Both the position numbers and the translations under genes were made by a program. A DNA stretch of 63,030 bases from the NCBI GenBank assembly GCA_964606385.1, contig CAZSFZ010000012.1, positions 1 through 63,030 on the forward strand, in the 5' to 3' direction. Source of the DNA: an uncultured bacterium. Lineage in GTDB: Bacteria; Omnitrophota; Omnitrophia; Omnitrophales; Aquincolibacteriaceae. The notes below the pieces were generated by a model. It had not been told where the DNA came from, did not search any database, and worked only from the letters and a program-made list of their open reading frames with translations. The number at the start of each line of letters is the position of its first letter. Within the stretch, counting starts at the first letter, position 1. This document shows positions 31,346 through 41,578 of this stretch, piece by piece.

Positions 31346-32632
31346 ATGCACTCCCTGGTCCGTCAGATCAAAAAAACCTACAAGATGGCCCGCCCTCACG
31401 AGCGGAAGACCGTGCTCAAGAATTTCGCCTCGCTCTCCGTGCTGCAAGCCATCACTTATCTTTTGCCGGTCCTGATCCTGCCCTACCTTTTCCGGGTGCT
31501 CGGCCCCGAAAAATTCGGCCTGATCGCCTTCGCGCAGGCCTTTGTCCAGTATTTCATGATCCTGACCGACTATGGGTTCAGTATCTCTGCCACCAAAGAG
31601 ATCTCGCTTTGCCAGCATGACCGCGCGGAGATCAGCAAGGTCTTTTCTTCCGTCATGACCGTCAAACTCGGCCTGGCGTTCTTAAGCCTCGCTATCCTGG
31701 GCAGCGCCGTCTATTTTATCCCCAAGTTCCAAAGCGACTGGCTGGTCTACGTGCTAAGTTTCGGCATGGTGCTCGGGAACACCCTTTTTCCGATCTGGTT
31801 CTTCCAGGGCACTGAAAAAATGAAGTATATCGCCGACCTCAATATCGCCGGCGGGGTCCTGACGGTCCTCTTGATCCTTTTTTCGGTCCACGGACCCGGC
31901 GACTATCTCATGGTGCCGCTGATCGTTTCCTGCGTGAGCCTCATCACCGGTCTTTTGGGCCAGTATATCGCCTTTAAACACCTCGGGGTCTCATTCCGGT
32001 TCCCGGGATACACAAGCCTCCGAAGGCAAGTGTCCGCCGGGTGGGATATCTTCGTTTCAGGTGTCGCCATCAATGCTTACACGACCACTCGCATTTTCGC
32101 CGTCGGCCTTCTCACCAACAACGCGATCACGGGGTTCTATTCCATCGCCGAAAAACTCGCGGGCCTTTGCCAGACCTTCCCCCTCGCGTCTTTTTCCCAG
32201 GCCCTTTTCCCGAGGCTCAGCAAAATCTATCACAAGAACAAGACCCGGGCCTACGAATTCATGCAGCGCATTCAGCTCATCACGATCAATATCTCGCTCA
32301 TTCTCCTGCCGCTGATCTTTGTGTTCGCCCGGCCGATCATGAAGATCATCCTGGGAGGGAACTATCCGGAAGCGGTGCTTTCCTTCCGGCTTTTGCTCGT
32401 GTCGGTGCTGCTTATCAGCTCTAACGCCTTCCGCATCCAGTTCCTGCTGGTCTGCGGTAAAATGTCTCTCTATGCCAGGATCCATGTGGTCATGGCCATG
32501 ATCGGACTGCCGATCATCTTTCTTTTGATCGATGCTTTTTCCTATGTGGGGGCGGCGATTGCGACCATCATGATCGAGGCGGGGATCCTTGTTGTGACGT
32601 ACGTGATCGTCCGGCGGCTGAAACTTTCCTGA
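31346..32632 (+). CDS. Wzx-type polysaccharide flippase
   Basis: PYLFRVLGPEKFG, TDYGF, WFFQG, GFYSIAEKL. Confidence 0.88.
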   Translation: MHSLVRQIKKTYKMARPHERKTVLKNFASLSVLQAITYLLPVLILPYLFRVLGPEKFGLIAFAQAFVQYFMILTDYGFSISATKEISLCQHDRAEISKVFSSVMTVKLGLAFLSLAILGSAVYFIPKFQSDWLVYVLSFGMVLGNTLFPIWFFQGTEKMKYIADLNIAGGVLTVLLILFSVHGPGDYLMVPLIVSCVSLITGLLGQYIAFKHLGVSFRFPGYTSLRRQVSAGWDIFVSGVAINAYTTTRIFAVGLLTNNAITGFYSIAEKLAGLCQTFPLASFSQALFPRLSKIYHKNKTRAYEFMQRIQLITINISLILLPLIFVFARPIMKIILGGNYPEAVLSFRLLLVSVLLISSNAFRIQFLLVCGKMSLYARIHVVMAMIGLPIIFLLIDAFSYVGAAIATIMIEAGILVVTYVIVRRLKLS

Positions 32633-32646
32633 AACGTCCGGGAGGA

Positions 32647-35034
32647 TCAGGCCTTGCCTTGGGAGCCGCCATTCCCCTCGGAGAATTCATCGAGAACGGG
32701 CAGGATCAGAAGATAGCAAAGCGCGGCGAGATAAAAGTTCATCGAGATGCCCGCGTAGATCGAAACAAAAACCGCGAGCGCGGAGCAGAGCACCCCGAAG
32801 ATCCCGTTCAGGGCCCAGTACCAGGGCATTTCCTTCTCCGACGCGAGCCGCGCGAACTTCATCCCGGTCGGGAAGAAGAACCCGAGCAGAATCCCCATCG
32901 GGAAAAGAATGAGAATGGACGCTGCGATCTTCACGAGCATGCTGGAGGCCTGCATCGCGTAAAGGATATGCACCGATAGCACGCGGGTCCCCAAAACCAG
33001 CAGAACGGCCGCCGCGGGATAAACATATTTCCAGGGAGAGACCGTAAGCGGCAGTTTTTCACTTAAAAAACTGCCGCAGCCCGTGCTCGCGATGATCGTA
33101 AAAAGCAGGATCCCGAGCGCGTAAGTGGGATGCCCGAGAAAAACGGAGAGATGCTGCACCAGGCCGATCTCGATGAACATGAACCCGGCCCCGATCAGAC
33201 TGAAATACAAGGCCCCGGCCCAGGAGATCTTTTTGAGCGGCGTTTCCCTGGAGCGGAGGAGCGGTACCGCGATCGTCAAAAGGCACAGGACCGCGAGCGC
33301 GAGGATCAGCTGGATCAGCGTGGAGGTCGCCACCAGGTTCCCCTGCCCGACCCCCGGATTCATGACGGGAAAAAAGATGGAATTTAGGCGGAGCATGTTG
33401 AAAAAGTAAGGACGGTTGTCCGTCGACGGGGAAACGTCGTAAGGCGTATTCACGGCGATCTCGTGAAGTTCTTTTTCGCTTTTGACCGAAAGGATCGCGC
33501 GCAAAACCGGGTCCTCGGGAGCCATCCCCGGAAGGATCAGGATCTGGTATTTCAAGGTTTCCGCGATACCGGCCAGCCGCCCGACATCCTCCCGGCTGAA
33601 AGGCTCCCTGGACATCAGGAGCACGGAAACGTTCTTGCAGGAGACAAGCGCGATATGGTTCCGGAAGTCCTTGATACCGGACCGCAGAAGCGCGGCCACG
33701 GAGACGCTCACCACGCGCCCGGTCTCGATATTCAGGGTCGGGTTATAGAACCGCGCGACACTAAAAATACCGTTCGGCGTCAACCGGTTAAGAAAGATCT
33801 GCCAGGCCTCCGCGGTGTAGAGGGAATTCTCGGAAAGCGTGAACGCCCCCGCTCCCGTCGCGGCCCAGGTGTCGATCAGGGACATTTGAATGAATGAAAA
33901 TTTCTCCGGCGTCCGCGACAGGTAGCTCCGGGCCTCATCCGTCACGAGCCGTACCCGCGGATCCTCGGCAAGGCCCGTCACCCCGCGCATGTCTTTTTTG
34001 AGAAGATCGATAAACACGGGGTTCACGTCAACGCCGATCACATCGTCTTTGCCGAAAAGCAGGGCGCTCTGCACGTCGCGGCCGCCGCCGATCCCGATGA
34101 TCAGGGCATTCCCCTTCGGCCTCAGAAAATAACCGACGTTCGTCACGTCAAATCCGAGGTGCTCGACATCCTTTTCCCCGCGTTTTTGGAGCATCGTCGT
34201 GCCCGCCAGACCGTCGATATGCATCTGGTACTGGAACACCTTGGGGTCGGGCCCCGTCGGGCTTTCGGCCCAGAAATGCGCGGCCCGTTCACTCCCCTTT
34301 TCCACTACCACGCGCGAAAAGGAATTCCATTTTTCAAAAATAAAATCGGAGGGGTTCTCTTTTTTCCCTTTCACATATTCCGGCCGGAGGCTCCAAAGCG
34401 CTCCGGTCAAAAGAAGCGCCAAGACGCACAGAACCATAAATTTCTTGTTGCGCCCGTGTTTGGACCCCTGAGCGAACAACAAAGCGCAAGGGATCCCGAA
34501 AAGACCCGCCACGAGCATCAGCTGAGGCCCGCTCAAGAATTCCAGCGCCGCTAGGATGAACAAGCATCCGATCGAAGCGCCAATCAGGTCCGCGGCATAC
34601 AAACGGTTGATCGAAAGAGGCGCTTTGGTCAGGACCGCGCTGATCGCGATACCTGAGAAATAGAACGGCAGGGCGCAGATGAAGGTCACGAGAAGGACTT
34701 TCAGGATCCCCGGAGAAAAAATACTGACCTCCACCGGTAATTCAATCCTGCAAAGGACAAAAAGGGAGAGCGGAACCGAGAGCGCGTAAAAAAGGCACGC
34801 CCCTTTACAGCTTGAAAGCCACCTCTCCGGGGTAAAGCGGGCGGACTTCAGGTAGACCGTCACCGCGCCGGCCGTCATGCCGAGCATGGCGCTTGAGATC
34901 GCGAAAAAGGCGAGATGGTACCAGGTGCAAACGCTCAGGACGCGCGTCAGCGTGATCTCCAGCACGAGCGTGCTGAAGGCGATCAAAAAGAGCGCGCCGT
35001 AGATCGATCTGGATCCTTTAGCGGAAGAGTTCAT
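32647..35034 (-). CDS. Polytopic membrane protein with central spermidine-synthase-like SAM-binding domain
   Basis: LIIGIGGGRD, GVDVNP, DEARSYL, SLIDTWAATGAGA flanked by TM blocks. Confidence 0.75.
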   Translation of the reverse strand: MNSSAKGSRSIYGALFLIAFSTLVLEITLTRVLSVCTWYHLAFFAISSAMLGMTAGAVTVYLKSARFTPERWLSSCKGACLFYALSVPLSLFVLCRIELPVEVSIFSPGILKVLLVTFICALPFYFSGIAISAVLTKAPLSINRLYAADLIGASIGCLFILAALEFLSGPQLMLVAGLFGIPCALLFAQGSKHGRNKKFMVLCVLALLLTGALWSLRPEYVKGKKENPSDFIFEKWNSFSRVVVEKGSERAAHFWAESPTGPDPKVFQYQMHIDGLAGTTMLQKRGEKDVEHLGFDVTNVGYFLRPKGNALIIGIGGGRDVQSALLFGKDDVIGVDVNPVFIDLLKKDMRGVTGLAEDPRVRLVTDEARSYLSRTPEKFSFIQMSLIDTWAATGAGAFTLSENSLYTAEAWQIFLNRLTPNGIFSVARFYNPTLNIETGRVVSVSVAALLRSGIKDFRNHIALVSCKNVSVLLMSREPFSREDVGRLAGIAETLKYQILILPGMAPEDPVLRAILSVKSEKELHEIAVNTPYDVSPSTDNRPYFFNMLRLNSIFFPVMNPGVGQGNLVATSTLIQLILALAVLCLLTIAVPLLRSRETPLKKISWAGALYFSLIGAGFMFIEIGLVQHLSVFLGHPTYALGILLFTIIASTGCGSFLSEKLPLTVSPWKYVYPAAAVLLVLGTRVLSVHILYAMQASSMLVKIAASILILFPMGILLGFFFPTGMKFARLASEKEMPWYWALNGIFGVLCSALAVFVSIYAGISMNFYLAALCYLLILPVLDEFSEGNGGSQGKA

Positions 35035-35111
35035 CAGGGCTCCGAACGGGTCACTTTGATTTGAGACGCGGCATTATATCAAATGCGGCCCGGATGTATC
35101 GAAATTAGTGA

Positions 35112-35149
35112 CAAAAAAGGCCCCGGACTCACCACCCGGGGCCTTTTGT
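35112..35149 (-). terminator. Intrinsic terminator after hsp20
   Basis: AAAAAAGGCCCCGG-loop-CCGGGGCCTTTT. Confidence 0.8.
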
Positions 35150-35164
35150 GATTCAAGATCGCCG

Positions 35165-35848
35165 TTACTGGATCGGAACTTTCTGCTCCTGCTTCTCGCC
35201 GCCGATCTTGGGCAAGGTGATGGTCAGAACACCGTCCTTGTACTCGGCGGTGATCTTGGACTCCTCGACCGGCCCCGGCAGGCTCAGGCTGCGGGCAAAG
35301 GAACCGTAACTCCGTTCCTGCGCGTAATAACCGCTCTGGGGGTTCTGGGTCTCGTTCGTGACCTCGCGAACGCCTTCGATCGTCAGGACATTGTCCCGCA
35401 CCGTCAGATCGATCTTGTCCTTTTCCAGCCCGGGGAGATCACTCCGGACGATGTAGGCATTCGGAGTTTCCTCAAGGTCCACGGCGGGCGTGAAATCAAA
35501 TCCCGCGCCGCGGGGCATGTTCTGGAAAAGCGGCGACCCGAACGTAAAGGCATGCTGCATTAAACCGTTCATGCGCTGGGCCATGTTCTCGAACGCTTCC
35601 CAAGGGTCCTGGCTCATAACCCCGGGCGGCAAAGCGCCGGGCATCCGGGCAGCTGCCGGATGTGGCCGGGGACGCATAGCGGGAGGTATGGGTTCCTGCT
35701 GGACCGCGACCGCCTGCTGTTTTTTCTCAAGCACGGCCTGACGCTGCCCTTGGCGAAACAGCACAACGGACTGGACCAACACCACCAGCACCAGCAAGGC
35801 GATAGCCACGGAAGAGGCTTGTATCTTTTTCGAAGATGACTCGCTCAT
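35165..35848 (-). CDS. Hsp20 small heat-shock protein with N-terminal membrane/signal segment
   Basis: PAVDLEET, DLPGLEK, ERSYGSFARSLSLP, YKDGVLTITLPK; hydrophobic VAIALLVLVVLVQSVVLF. Confidence 0.9.
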   Translation of the reverse strand: MSESSSKKIQASSVAIALLVLVVLVQSVVLFRQGQRQAVLEKKQQAVAVQQEPIPPAMRPRPHPAAARMPGALPPGVMSQDPWEAFENMAQRMNGLMQHAFTFGSPLFQNMPRGAGFDFTPAVDLEETPNAYIVRSDLPGLEKDKIDLTVRDNVLTIEGVREVTNETQNPQSGYYAQERSYGSFARSLSLPGPVEESKITAEYKDGVLTITLPKIGGEKQEQKVPIQ

Positions 35849-35891
35849 AACAGCCCTCCTTTTTTGTTGAACCGAGGGATGGATTCTACCA

Positions 35892-35923
35892 CAAAAAGAC
35901 CCGGCTTTTGACGGCCGGGTCTT
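35892..35923 (-). terminator. Intrinsic terminator between the hsp20 genes
   Basis: AAGACCCGGC-loop-GCCGGGTCTT with T run on the minus strand. Confidence 0.7.
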
Positions 35924-35932
35924 GAAAGGCGT

Positions 35933-36388
35933 TTACTTCACATCGACCTTGATCTGTTTCGGTTTGGCCTTCTCGGATTTCGGAAGCGTTAGTTCCAGAA
36001 CACCGTCCTTGTAGCCGGCCGCGACCTTGTCCGAATCCACCTCGACCGGTAATTCCACTGAGCGCTGGAAGCTGCCGTAGCGGCGTTCGGAATAGAAATA
36101 GCCTTTTCCTTTTTTGCTCTCTTCTTCCTTGCGCTCTCCCTTGATCGTCAGGACATTCCCCGTCACCGAGATATCCAGGTCCTTGCGTTCCATCCCCGGA
36201 ACATCCAGATGCACCAGGAACTGATTTTCATCCTCTTTGACCTCGAGACTCGGGAGATATTCTCCGAACGTACTGCCGGAGCCCCGACGCAGGGACGAGG
36301 AGAACAGGCGGTTCATATCGTCCTGAAGGTCCGTCACGAAATCCAAGGGATCGATCCATCGGTTCGTTTGTTTCATAAGTGGGTTCAT
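35933..36388 (-). CDS. Hsp20 small heat-shock protein
   Basis: LDVPGMERKD, ERRYGSFQRSVELP, YKDGVLELTLPK. Confidence 0.95.
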   Translation of the reverse strand: MNPLMKQTNRWIDPLDFVTDLQDDMNRLFSSSLRRGSGSTFGEYLPSLEVKEDENQFLVHLDVPGMERKDLDISVTGNVLTIKGERKEEESKKGKGYFYSERRYGSFQRSVELPVEVDSDKVAAGYKDGVLELTLPKSEKAKPKQIKVDVK

Positions 36389-36445
36389 GTCAGGTCCTCC
36401 TTTTTATGAGGTTGTTGCTCTTTGTTATTCCCCACCTATGATCTT

Positions 36446-36460
36446 TCAATTTTCATGCCA
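36446..36460 (-). promoter_or_regulatory. Possible sigma54 (-24/-12) promoter for hsp20
   Basis: TGGCATGAAAATTGA versus TGGCAC-N5-TTGC; possible activator site TGCGCCAT..AAAATGACACA at about 36523-36546. Confidence 0.45.
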
Positions 36461-36640
36461 AAGCAGCCAAAACACAAACCTTTGCAAATAAATGAGTTGC
36501 GTCATTAATATTTTTTATGAATTGCGCCATGTAAAAAAATGACACAAATTTTTTGGGAAAAAATTTCACATTAAGCCAAGATCTTACGGAGGATCCTAGA
36601 GAAGGGTGCTTTCAAACACGCGGGGAAGCCGCGTCAACTA

Positions 36641-37042
36641 TCATTTGGAAGGAATGTATTTTTCGAGGATGGCGCCGATCGCCTCCGAGGTCGCCGGCTT
36701 CGTAAGGTATTCATCCGCGCCAAGCTGCTTACAGAAAAGATCGTTCAGGTCCGGATAACCCGTGATGATCACCACTTTTTCTTTTTTGTGGTGGTCCTTG
36801 ATATAGCGGAGGATCTCGATCCCCGTCGGCCCCGGCATGCTCATATCCAAAAAAACGATGTCGTAATCCCGGTTTTTGATTTTCCCAAGCGCCTCCTCCC
36901 CATCCCAGGCATTTTCGAGGATCAAATGTTTTGTTTTCATAAAAGGTTTCAGGGCCCGCTGAAAAAGCTCCGCATCGGCCGCTGAATCCTCCGCGATCAA
37001 AATATGGATGGGAGTAGTCATAGGATCCCTTTCTTCAGACAA
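36641..37042 (-). CDS. Single-domain response regulator
   Basis: ILIAEDS, VFLDMSMP, YLTKP. Confidence 0.9.
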   Translation of the reverse strand: MSEERDPMTTPIHILIAEDSAADAELFQRALKPFMKTKHLILENAWDGEEALGKIKNRDYDIVFLDMSMPGPTGIEILRYIKDHHKKEKVVIITGYPDLNDLFCKQLGADEYLTKPATSEAIGAILEKYIPSK

Positions 37043-37487
37043 CGGGTGTTTTGTTGATCACAAGCCAGTACAGGCCAAGCTCTGATACTGTATCGATGAA
37101 TTTGGAAAAATCAATCGGCTTCACGATATAACTGTTCGCCCCGAGATGATAACTTGCCGCCATGTCTTTTTCTTCCTGGGAGGCCGTCATGATCACGACG
37201 GGAATAACCTTTGTTTCTTCGTTCGATTTGATCTGCTTCAAGACCTCTTTCCCGTCCACGCGCGGCAATTTCAGGTCGAGCAGGATGAGCTTGGGCGGGG
37301 CTTTGATGTCCCGGTCCGAATAAGCCCCCCGGCAAAAGATGAAATCCAGGGCCTGGACCCCATCCGTGACCACATGGACTTTGTTGGCGAGGTTCTTTTT
37401 TTTGAACGCCCGGAGCGTCAGCTCCACGTCATGGGGATTATCCTCGACCAAAAGGATCTCGACCGGTTCATCGTGATGGTTCTTCAT
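37035..37487 (-). CDS. Response regulator (Rcp1-like)
   Basis: ILLVEDNPHD, ILLDLKLP, ANSYIVKP. Confidence 0.93.
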   Translation of the reverse strand: MKNHHDEPVEILLVEDNPHDVELTLRAFKKKNLANKVHVVTDGVQALDFIFCRGAYSDRDIKAPPKLILLDLKLPRVDGKEVLKQIKSNEETKVIPVVIMTASQEEKDMAASYHLGANSYIVKPIDFSKFIDTVSELGLYWLVINKTPVV

Positions 37488-37489
37488 TT

Positions 37490-39892
37490 TTATTCTCCTT
37501 GAGGGAATGCGACATAAAAGCTCGCCCCTTCATTGATCTTCCCTTCAGCCCAAACGCGACCCCCGTGGCGCTCCACCGCGCTGCGAACGATCGCAAGGCC
37601 TATTCCGGTACCCGCGAATTCATTTTGGGGGTGAAGCCGCTGAAAAATCCCGAACAGTTTGTTCGCGTACTGCATGTCAAATCCCGCGCCGTTATCCTTG
37701 ACGTAATAAACGCGCTCACGGCCTTCCTGGTAGCCTCCGATCTCGATCAAGGCTTTCTCTCGAGAAGCCGTGAATTTCATCGCATTGACGATCAGGTTTG
37801 TAAATATCTGTCTTACAAGCGTCGGGTCAGCCCGCACCGGCAAAAGAGGTTTGACGGACACTTCCATGGCCCGTTCCCGGAATGATCCTTCTTTGAGTTC
37901 GCGGGAGAGGGACTGCACAAGCGCTCCCGTGTCGATCTCGACCACCTCCATCTCCTTCCGTCCCAAGTGGCATAATTTGAGAAGGTCCTCAATGAGCTGC
38001 CCCATCTTCGCGGTGTTCTCATGAATAACCCCGATCACCCTCTTGCCGTTCTCATCCAGCTTTGGACCATAGTCTTCCATAAGAATATTCGCGAAACCCG
38101 TCATCGCCCGAAGCGGCGCTTTCAGGTCATGTGAAACCGAATAACTGAAAGCGTCCAGTTCCTTGACCGCCGCGGAAAGTTCCGCGGTGCGCTGCCTGAC
38201 CCGTTCTTCCAGCTCCTGGTTCATTTTACGGAGTATTTCCGCCGTTCGTTCCCGTTCTTTGACGCGTTGGGATTGATACAAAAAAGAAAGCAGCCCCGCC
38301 ACCGCCATGACCAGCACAAAAGCGACCGTAAAGATCACAAGCGCCCGGCTGCGGACTTCGTCGAGGACTTCGCCGGCATCGATCTTGGTCACCAGGTGCC
38401 AGGCCGTCCCGGGCACAGGGCGAAGGTCGGACAAGACTTCCACGCCGCGGTAATCTTTACCGAAGAAAAAACCCGTCCTTCCCAGAACCGCCTGGGCCGC
38501 GGGAAGCGTGGTCTGAGTCAGCGGAAAACGCAGGAAAAGCGCCGTTTTTTTATGATGGCGCAATTCATTTAAAAAAAGGACTTCATCCCTTTCCCGCCGC
38601 ACCAGGAGTGTTTCGGCCGTGTGACTGAGAACCGGCCATTCCTCAATCATCGGGAAAAGAAACTCTTCGCCGGAGGTGGAAAAGATCGCGACGGCAAGCG
38701 CGCTGCCGTTGACATCCAGGATAGGACCCGCGACATCCAGATGGATCTGACCTCCCGGCGTTTGATTTAGTTCTCCTAAAACCGGCCCGGCACTTTTCCA
38801 AGCAGTTTCTTCCACGGCCCGGCATTGGGGGGCTACCTCGATCCCCTCGGGAGAAGACAAAAGAACGCGGTCCCCCGGCCCGACCAAAAAAGCCTGAAAG
38901 TAAAAGCCGATATCCGTTTCGAGAGCTAATCGTTCCTGCAGGGAGTAGCGGGCTTCCCTATCTCCGGGATCGCGCAGCCAACGCTCCAGCAGGTTACGGA
39001 CCAACGGCGATCTTGTGAACCGTTCAGCATCGCCCACGCGTTCCTTGCGCCACCGAAGGATGTGCTCGACCTTCAATTTCCCGATCGCGGCCAATTCATC
39101 AGAGGTCTCTTTTTCGATGCGAAGCGCTTCCGTCCGGTAATACATAAATCCGAACAGGATGATCACAGCGGTCACGGCGCAGAACGCCAGAAGCCACCAC
39201 CGTCTTTGGAGACGCGCCTGCTTTCCTGCCGCAGCGTCGGAAGAGTCCGCGTCTTTTCCGAGATGCTCCTGCAACAGCACCGCAAGGCTCATGAGGAAAA
39301 ACAGAATGCCGGTCCAGAGAGCCATCGGAATGATCAAGTGCCGCGGGAAAATAGGCTTTTCTAAAAGATAGGAAAAAATCACGGCCACGCTGATCCATGC
39401 GATCAGCGCAACCGTCCCGGAAACCACGGAATGCGCGCCTCTCCAGGGCAGCCTGCGGATCAAGAACGAGCATCCGAAAAGAAAGAATACAAACCCTGTG
39501 AGCGGTGACATCTGTCCGACCGGGGCCCCTCCAAGGACCGCCGTGGTCCCGGCGAGCCATTCCTCCGCCGGAGAAGACCATCCCCAGAAGGGCCTCAACA
39601 AAGCGAACAACCCTGTCACGGTCGCCAGCCACGAAACAACCGGCATAAAACGGTTTTGAATGACGTTACCGGGATAGAGCAATTCCAGGAGAAAAGCACC
39701 GTTCAGGAAAAATAACAAAAGCGCGGTCGCGGGAGCGATCGGCACGGCCTGGGTCCCGAGGGACATCCATTCCCACCGGCCGGCAAGCCAGCCCAAAAGC
39801 GCCAAAAAGGACATCACGACGGAAAAGGAGGCGAGAATGATCACGGATCTCAAAGCGCGCTGCGTCCCGGATCCTTCCGCTTTTGAATGCAT
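37490..39892 (-). CDS. Membrane sensor histidine kinase (multi-TM N-terminus, Cache-like domain)
   Basis: SVSHDLKAPL, NLIVNAMKFT, DNGAGFD, GTGIGL. Confidence 0.92.
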   Translation of the reverse strand: MHSKAEGSGTQRALRSVIILASFSVVMSFLALLGWLAGRWEWMSLGTQAVPIAPATALLLFFLNGAFLLELLYPGNVIQNRFMPVVSWLATVTGLFALLRPFWGWSSPAEEWLAGTTAVLGGAPVGQMSPLTGFVFFLFGCSFLIRRLPWRGAHSVVSGTVALIAWISVAVIFSYLLEKPIFPRHLIIPMALWTGILFFLMSLAVLLQEHLGKDADSSDAAAGKQARLQRRWWLLAFCAVTAVIILFGFMYYRTEALRIEKETSDELAAIGKLKVEHILRWRKERVGDAERFTRSPLVRNLLERWLRDPGDREARYSLQERLALETDIGFYFQAFLVGPGDRVLLSSPEGIEVAPQCRAVEETAWKSAGPVLGELNQTPGGQIHLDVAGPILDVNGSALAVAIFSTSGEEFLFPMIEEWPVLSHTAETLLVRRERDEVLFLNELRHHKKTALFLRFPLTQTTLPAAQAVLGRTGFFFGKDYRGVEVLSDLRPVPGTAWHLVTKIDAGEVLDEVRSRALVIFTVAFVLVMAVAGLLSFLYQSQRVKERERTAEILRKMNQELEERVRQRTAELSAAVKELDAFSYSVSHDLKAPLRAMTGFANILMEDYGPKLDENGKRVIGVIHENTAKMGQLIEDLLKLCHLGRKEMEVVEIDTGALVQSLSRELKEGSFRERAMEVSVKPLLPVRADPTLVRQIFTNLIVNAMKFTASREKALIEIGGYQEGRERVYYVKDNGAGFDMQYANKLFGIFQRLHPQNEFAGTGIGLAIVRSAVERHGGRVWAEGKINEGASFYVAFPQGE

Positions 39893-39989
39893 GCCCTGTC
39901 CCTTCTCGTCCGCTGGAAATATTTGCGAGCCTCTATTCTAACCCCTCAGGCTTGCGGTGGTAATAAAATTTATAAGGACATGCGTACCG

Positions 39990-40616
39990 CTAACTCCCGG
40001 AAGAGTCCATCCGGATCACGGCATGAGAAGTCCGGACCACGCTCTCTTTTCCGTCCGGCATGACCACCGAAAGGGAGATCTGAGCGTCTCCCGAGACCCA
40101 TCCGTGCTGGTCCACCCGGACCTCCACCGCGTCCTCAGGGATCACGGTTTTTTGCCCCGGCCGCAGCAGCACAAAGTTCTGGGAACCGCTCGGGCTCATA
40201 ATATTGAGCGACAGGGCGACATTGCTCCGGTTATCCGCGTAACCGGTGGCGTGCTTGACCCTTGGCTTCCCTGTTTTAGCGGCGGGTTGGGTCTGCACAG
40301 GCTGCTGGAAGGTGTAACGGCCTCCGGGTGTGCTGATATAGCCGGTCTTGCCGTCGTTTTCGATGATCTTGATGCGGACCGGCGTCGAGCGGTTGTCCGG
40401 AATATGTTCGATCCAGGCGGGATCATTTTTGACCGACCAGGTTTGTCCGGGCTGAAGGGTGCTTCCGCCCGAGATGCCCTGCACCGAACGGGCGCTTATT
40501 TTGACGGCGGTGCTGCCTTCATTGGAAACATTTGCGGCAAAAAGAGCGGCCGGCAAAAGAACCCACGCAAAAATTGCCCCGGTGAACGTTTTTTGGGATT
40601 TTTTATTTTTTAACAT
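39990..40616 (-). CDS. Exported hypothetical protein, two beta-rich repeats
   Basis: Signal-like FTGAIFAWVLLPAALFA; repeated LQPGQT / LRPGQK motif. Confidence 0.6.
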   Translation of the reverse strand: MLKNKKSQKTFTGAIFAWVLLPAALFAANVSNEGSTAVKISARSVQGISGGSTLQPGQTWSVKNDPAWIEHIPDNRSTPVRIKIIENDGKTGYISTPGGRYTFQQPVQTQPAAKTGKPRVKHATGYADNRSNVALSLNIMSPSGSQNFVLLRPGQKTVIPEDAVEVRVDQHGWVSGDAQISLSVVMPDGKESVVRTSHAVIRMDSSGS

Positions 40617-41547
40617 AAGGACATTTCTCCGGTAAAGGTTTGAAGGCGCATTGTTCATCGCACGGAATGATCCGGACCGTCGCTTCGCACCCATGGATAC
40701 TCTCCCGGAGATCTTTTTCGATCTCACAGGAGATCCGGTGCGCCTCGGGAAAAGGCATCTGACGCGGCAGGACCACGTCGCATTCCACGAATTTTTTGAG
40801 ACCCGAACTCCGGCTGCGGATCCCCCGGAACTCGCAGCAATGCGGCATGTATTTTCCAAGCTGTTTCATGACCTCCAGCTTGCTCCCTTCTTCCAGGGAG
40901 GCGTCCAGAAGCTTTAAAAAAGCATGACGCGCCATGTGAAAGGATGGCACCGTGATCCACGCGCTGACGATGATCGTCGCGACAGGGTCCAGATAAATGG
41001 TCCAGGGGTGTAACGGCGTGGGCGCCAGAAGGATCACGAGCAGAAAGGAAGCCGCGATCGTCATGGAGATAAAACCTTCCAGCTTGTAGTGGATCCCCTC
41101 GGCGCGGACCGCCGGCGAATGACACGCGGCCGCCAGGGAAAGGATCCACGCGGACCCGATAAAATTGACCGTCACGCTGAAAAGACTGAACCCGAACCCC
41201 AGCCACGGCATTTCGATGCCGGAGGGATAGCAAAGATCGATCACGGCCAGGACCGACATCACGAGCGCGATCCCGATCAATACGATCCCCTCAATGGCCT
41301 CGCAAATGTGTTCTATCTTTCCATACCCGTAATTATGGATAAGATCCGCCGGGCGGTTCGAGACCTTCACGGCGTGGTACAGGATCACGGACACGATCAA
41401 TCCGGCCACGGTGATCCCGAGATCGGCCACGATGGCGAGCGAATGGACCAGGAACGCCGCGGTCAGCTTCATGACAAAAAGAAGCATGTTGCCGCCCAAA
41501 CTGATCTTGGCGGCCTTCAGCATGGCTCCCTGCATCGGATTCGTCAT
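40603..41547 (-). CDS. Cation diffusion facilitator (CDF) family transporter
   Basis: HNYGYGKIE, YLDPVA, LLDASL, FPEAHRISCEIE; start placed at MTNPMQ. Confidence 0.85.
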   Translation of the reverse strand: MTNPMQGAMLKAAKISLGGNMLLFVMKLTAAFLVHSLAIVADLGITVAGLIVSVILYHAVKVSNRPADLIHNYGYGKIEHICEAIEGIVLIGIALVMSVLAVIDLCYPSGIEMPWLGFGFSLFSVTVNFIGSAWILSLAAACHSPAVRAEGIHYKLEGFISMTIAASFLLVILLAPTPLHPWTIYLDPVATIIVSAWITVPSFHMARHAFLKLLDASLEEGSKLEVMKQLGKYMPHCCEFRGIRSRSSGLKKFVECDVVLPRQMPFPEAHRISCEIEKDLRESIHGCEATVRIIPCDEQCAFKPLPEKCPYVKK

Positions 41548-41578
41548 GTCCGGTCGACCCCGCTTTCTAAAAGATCCC

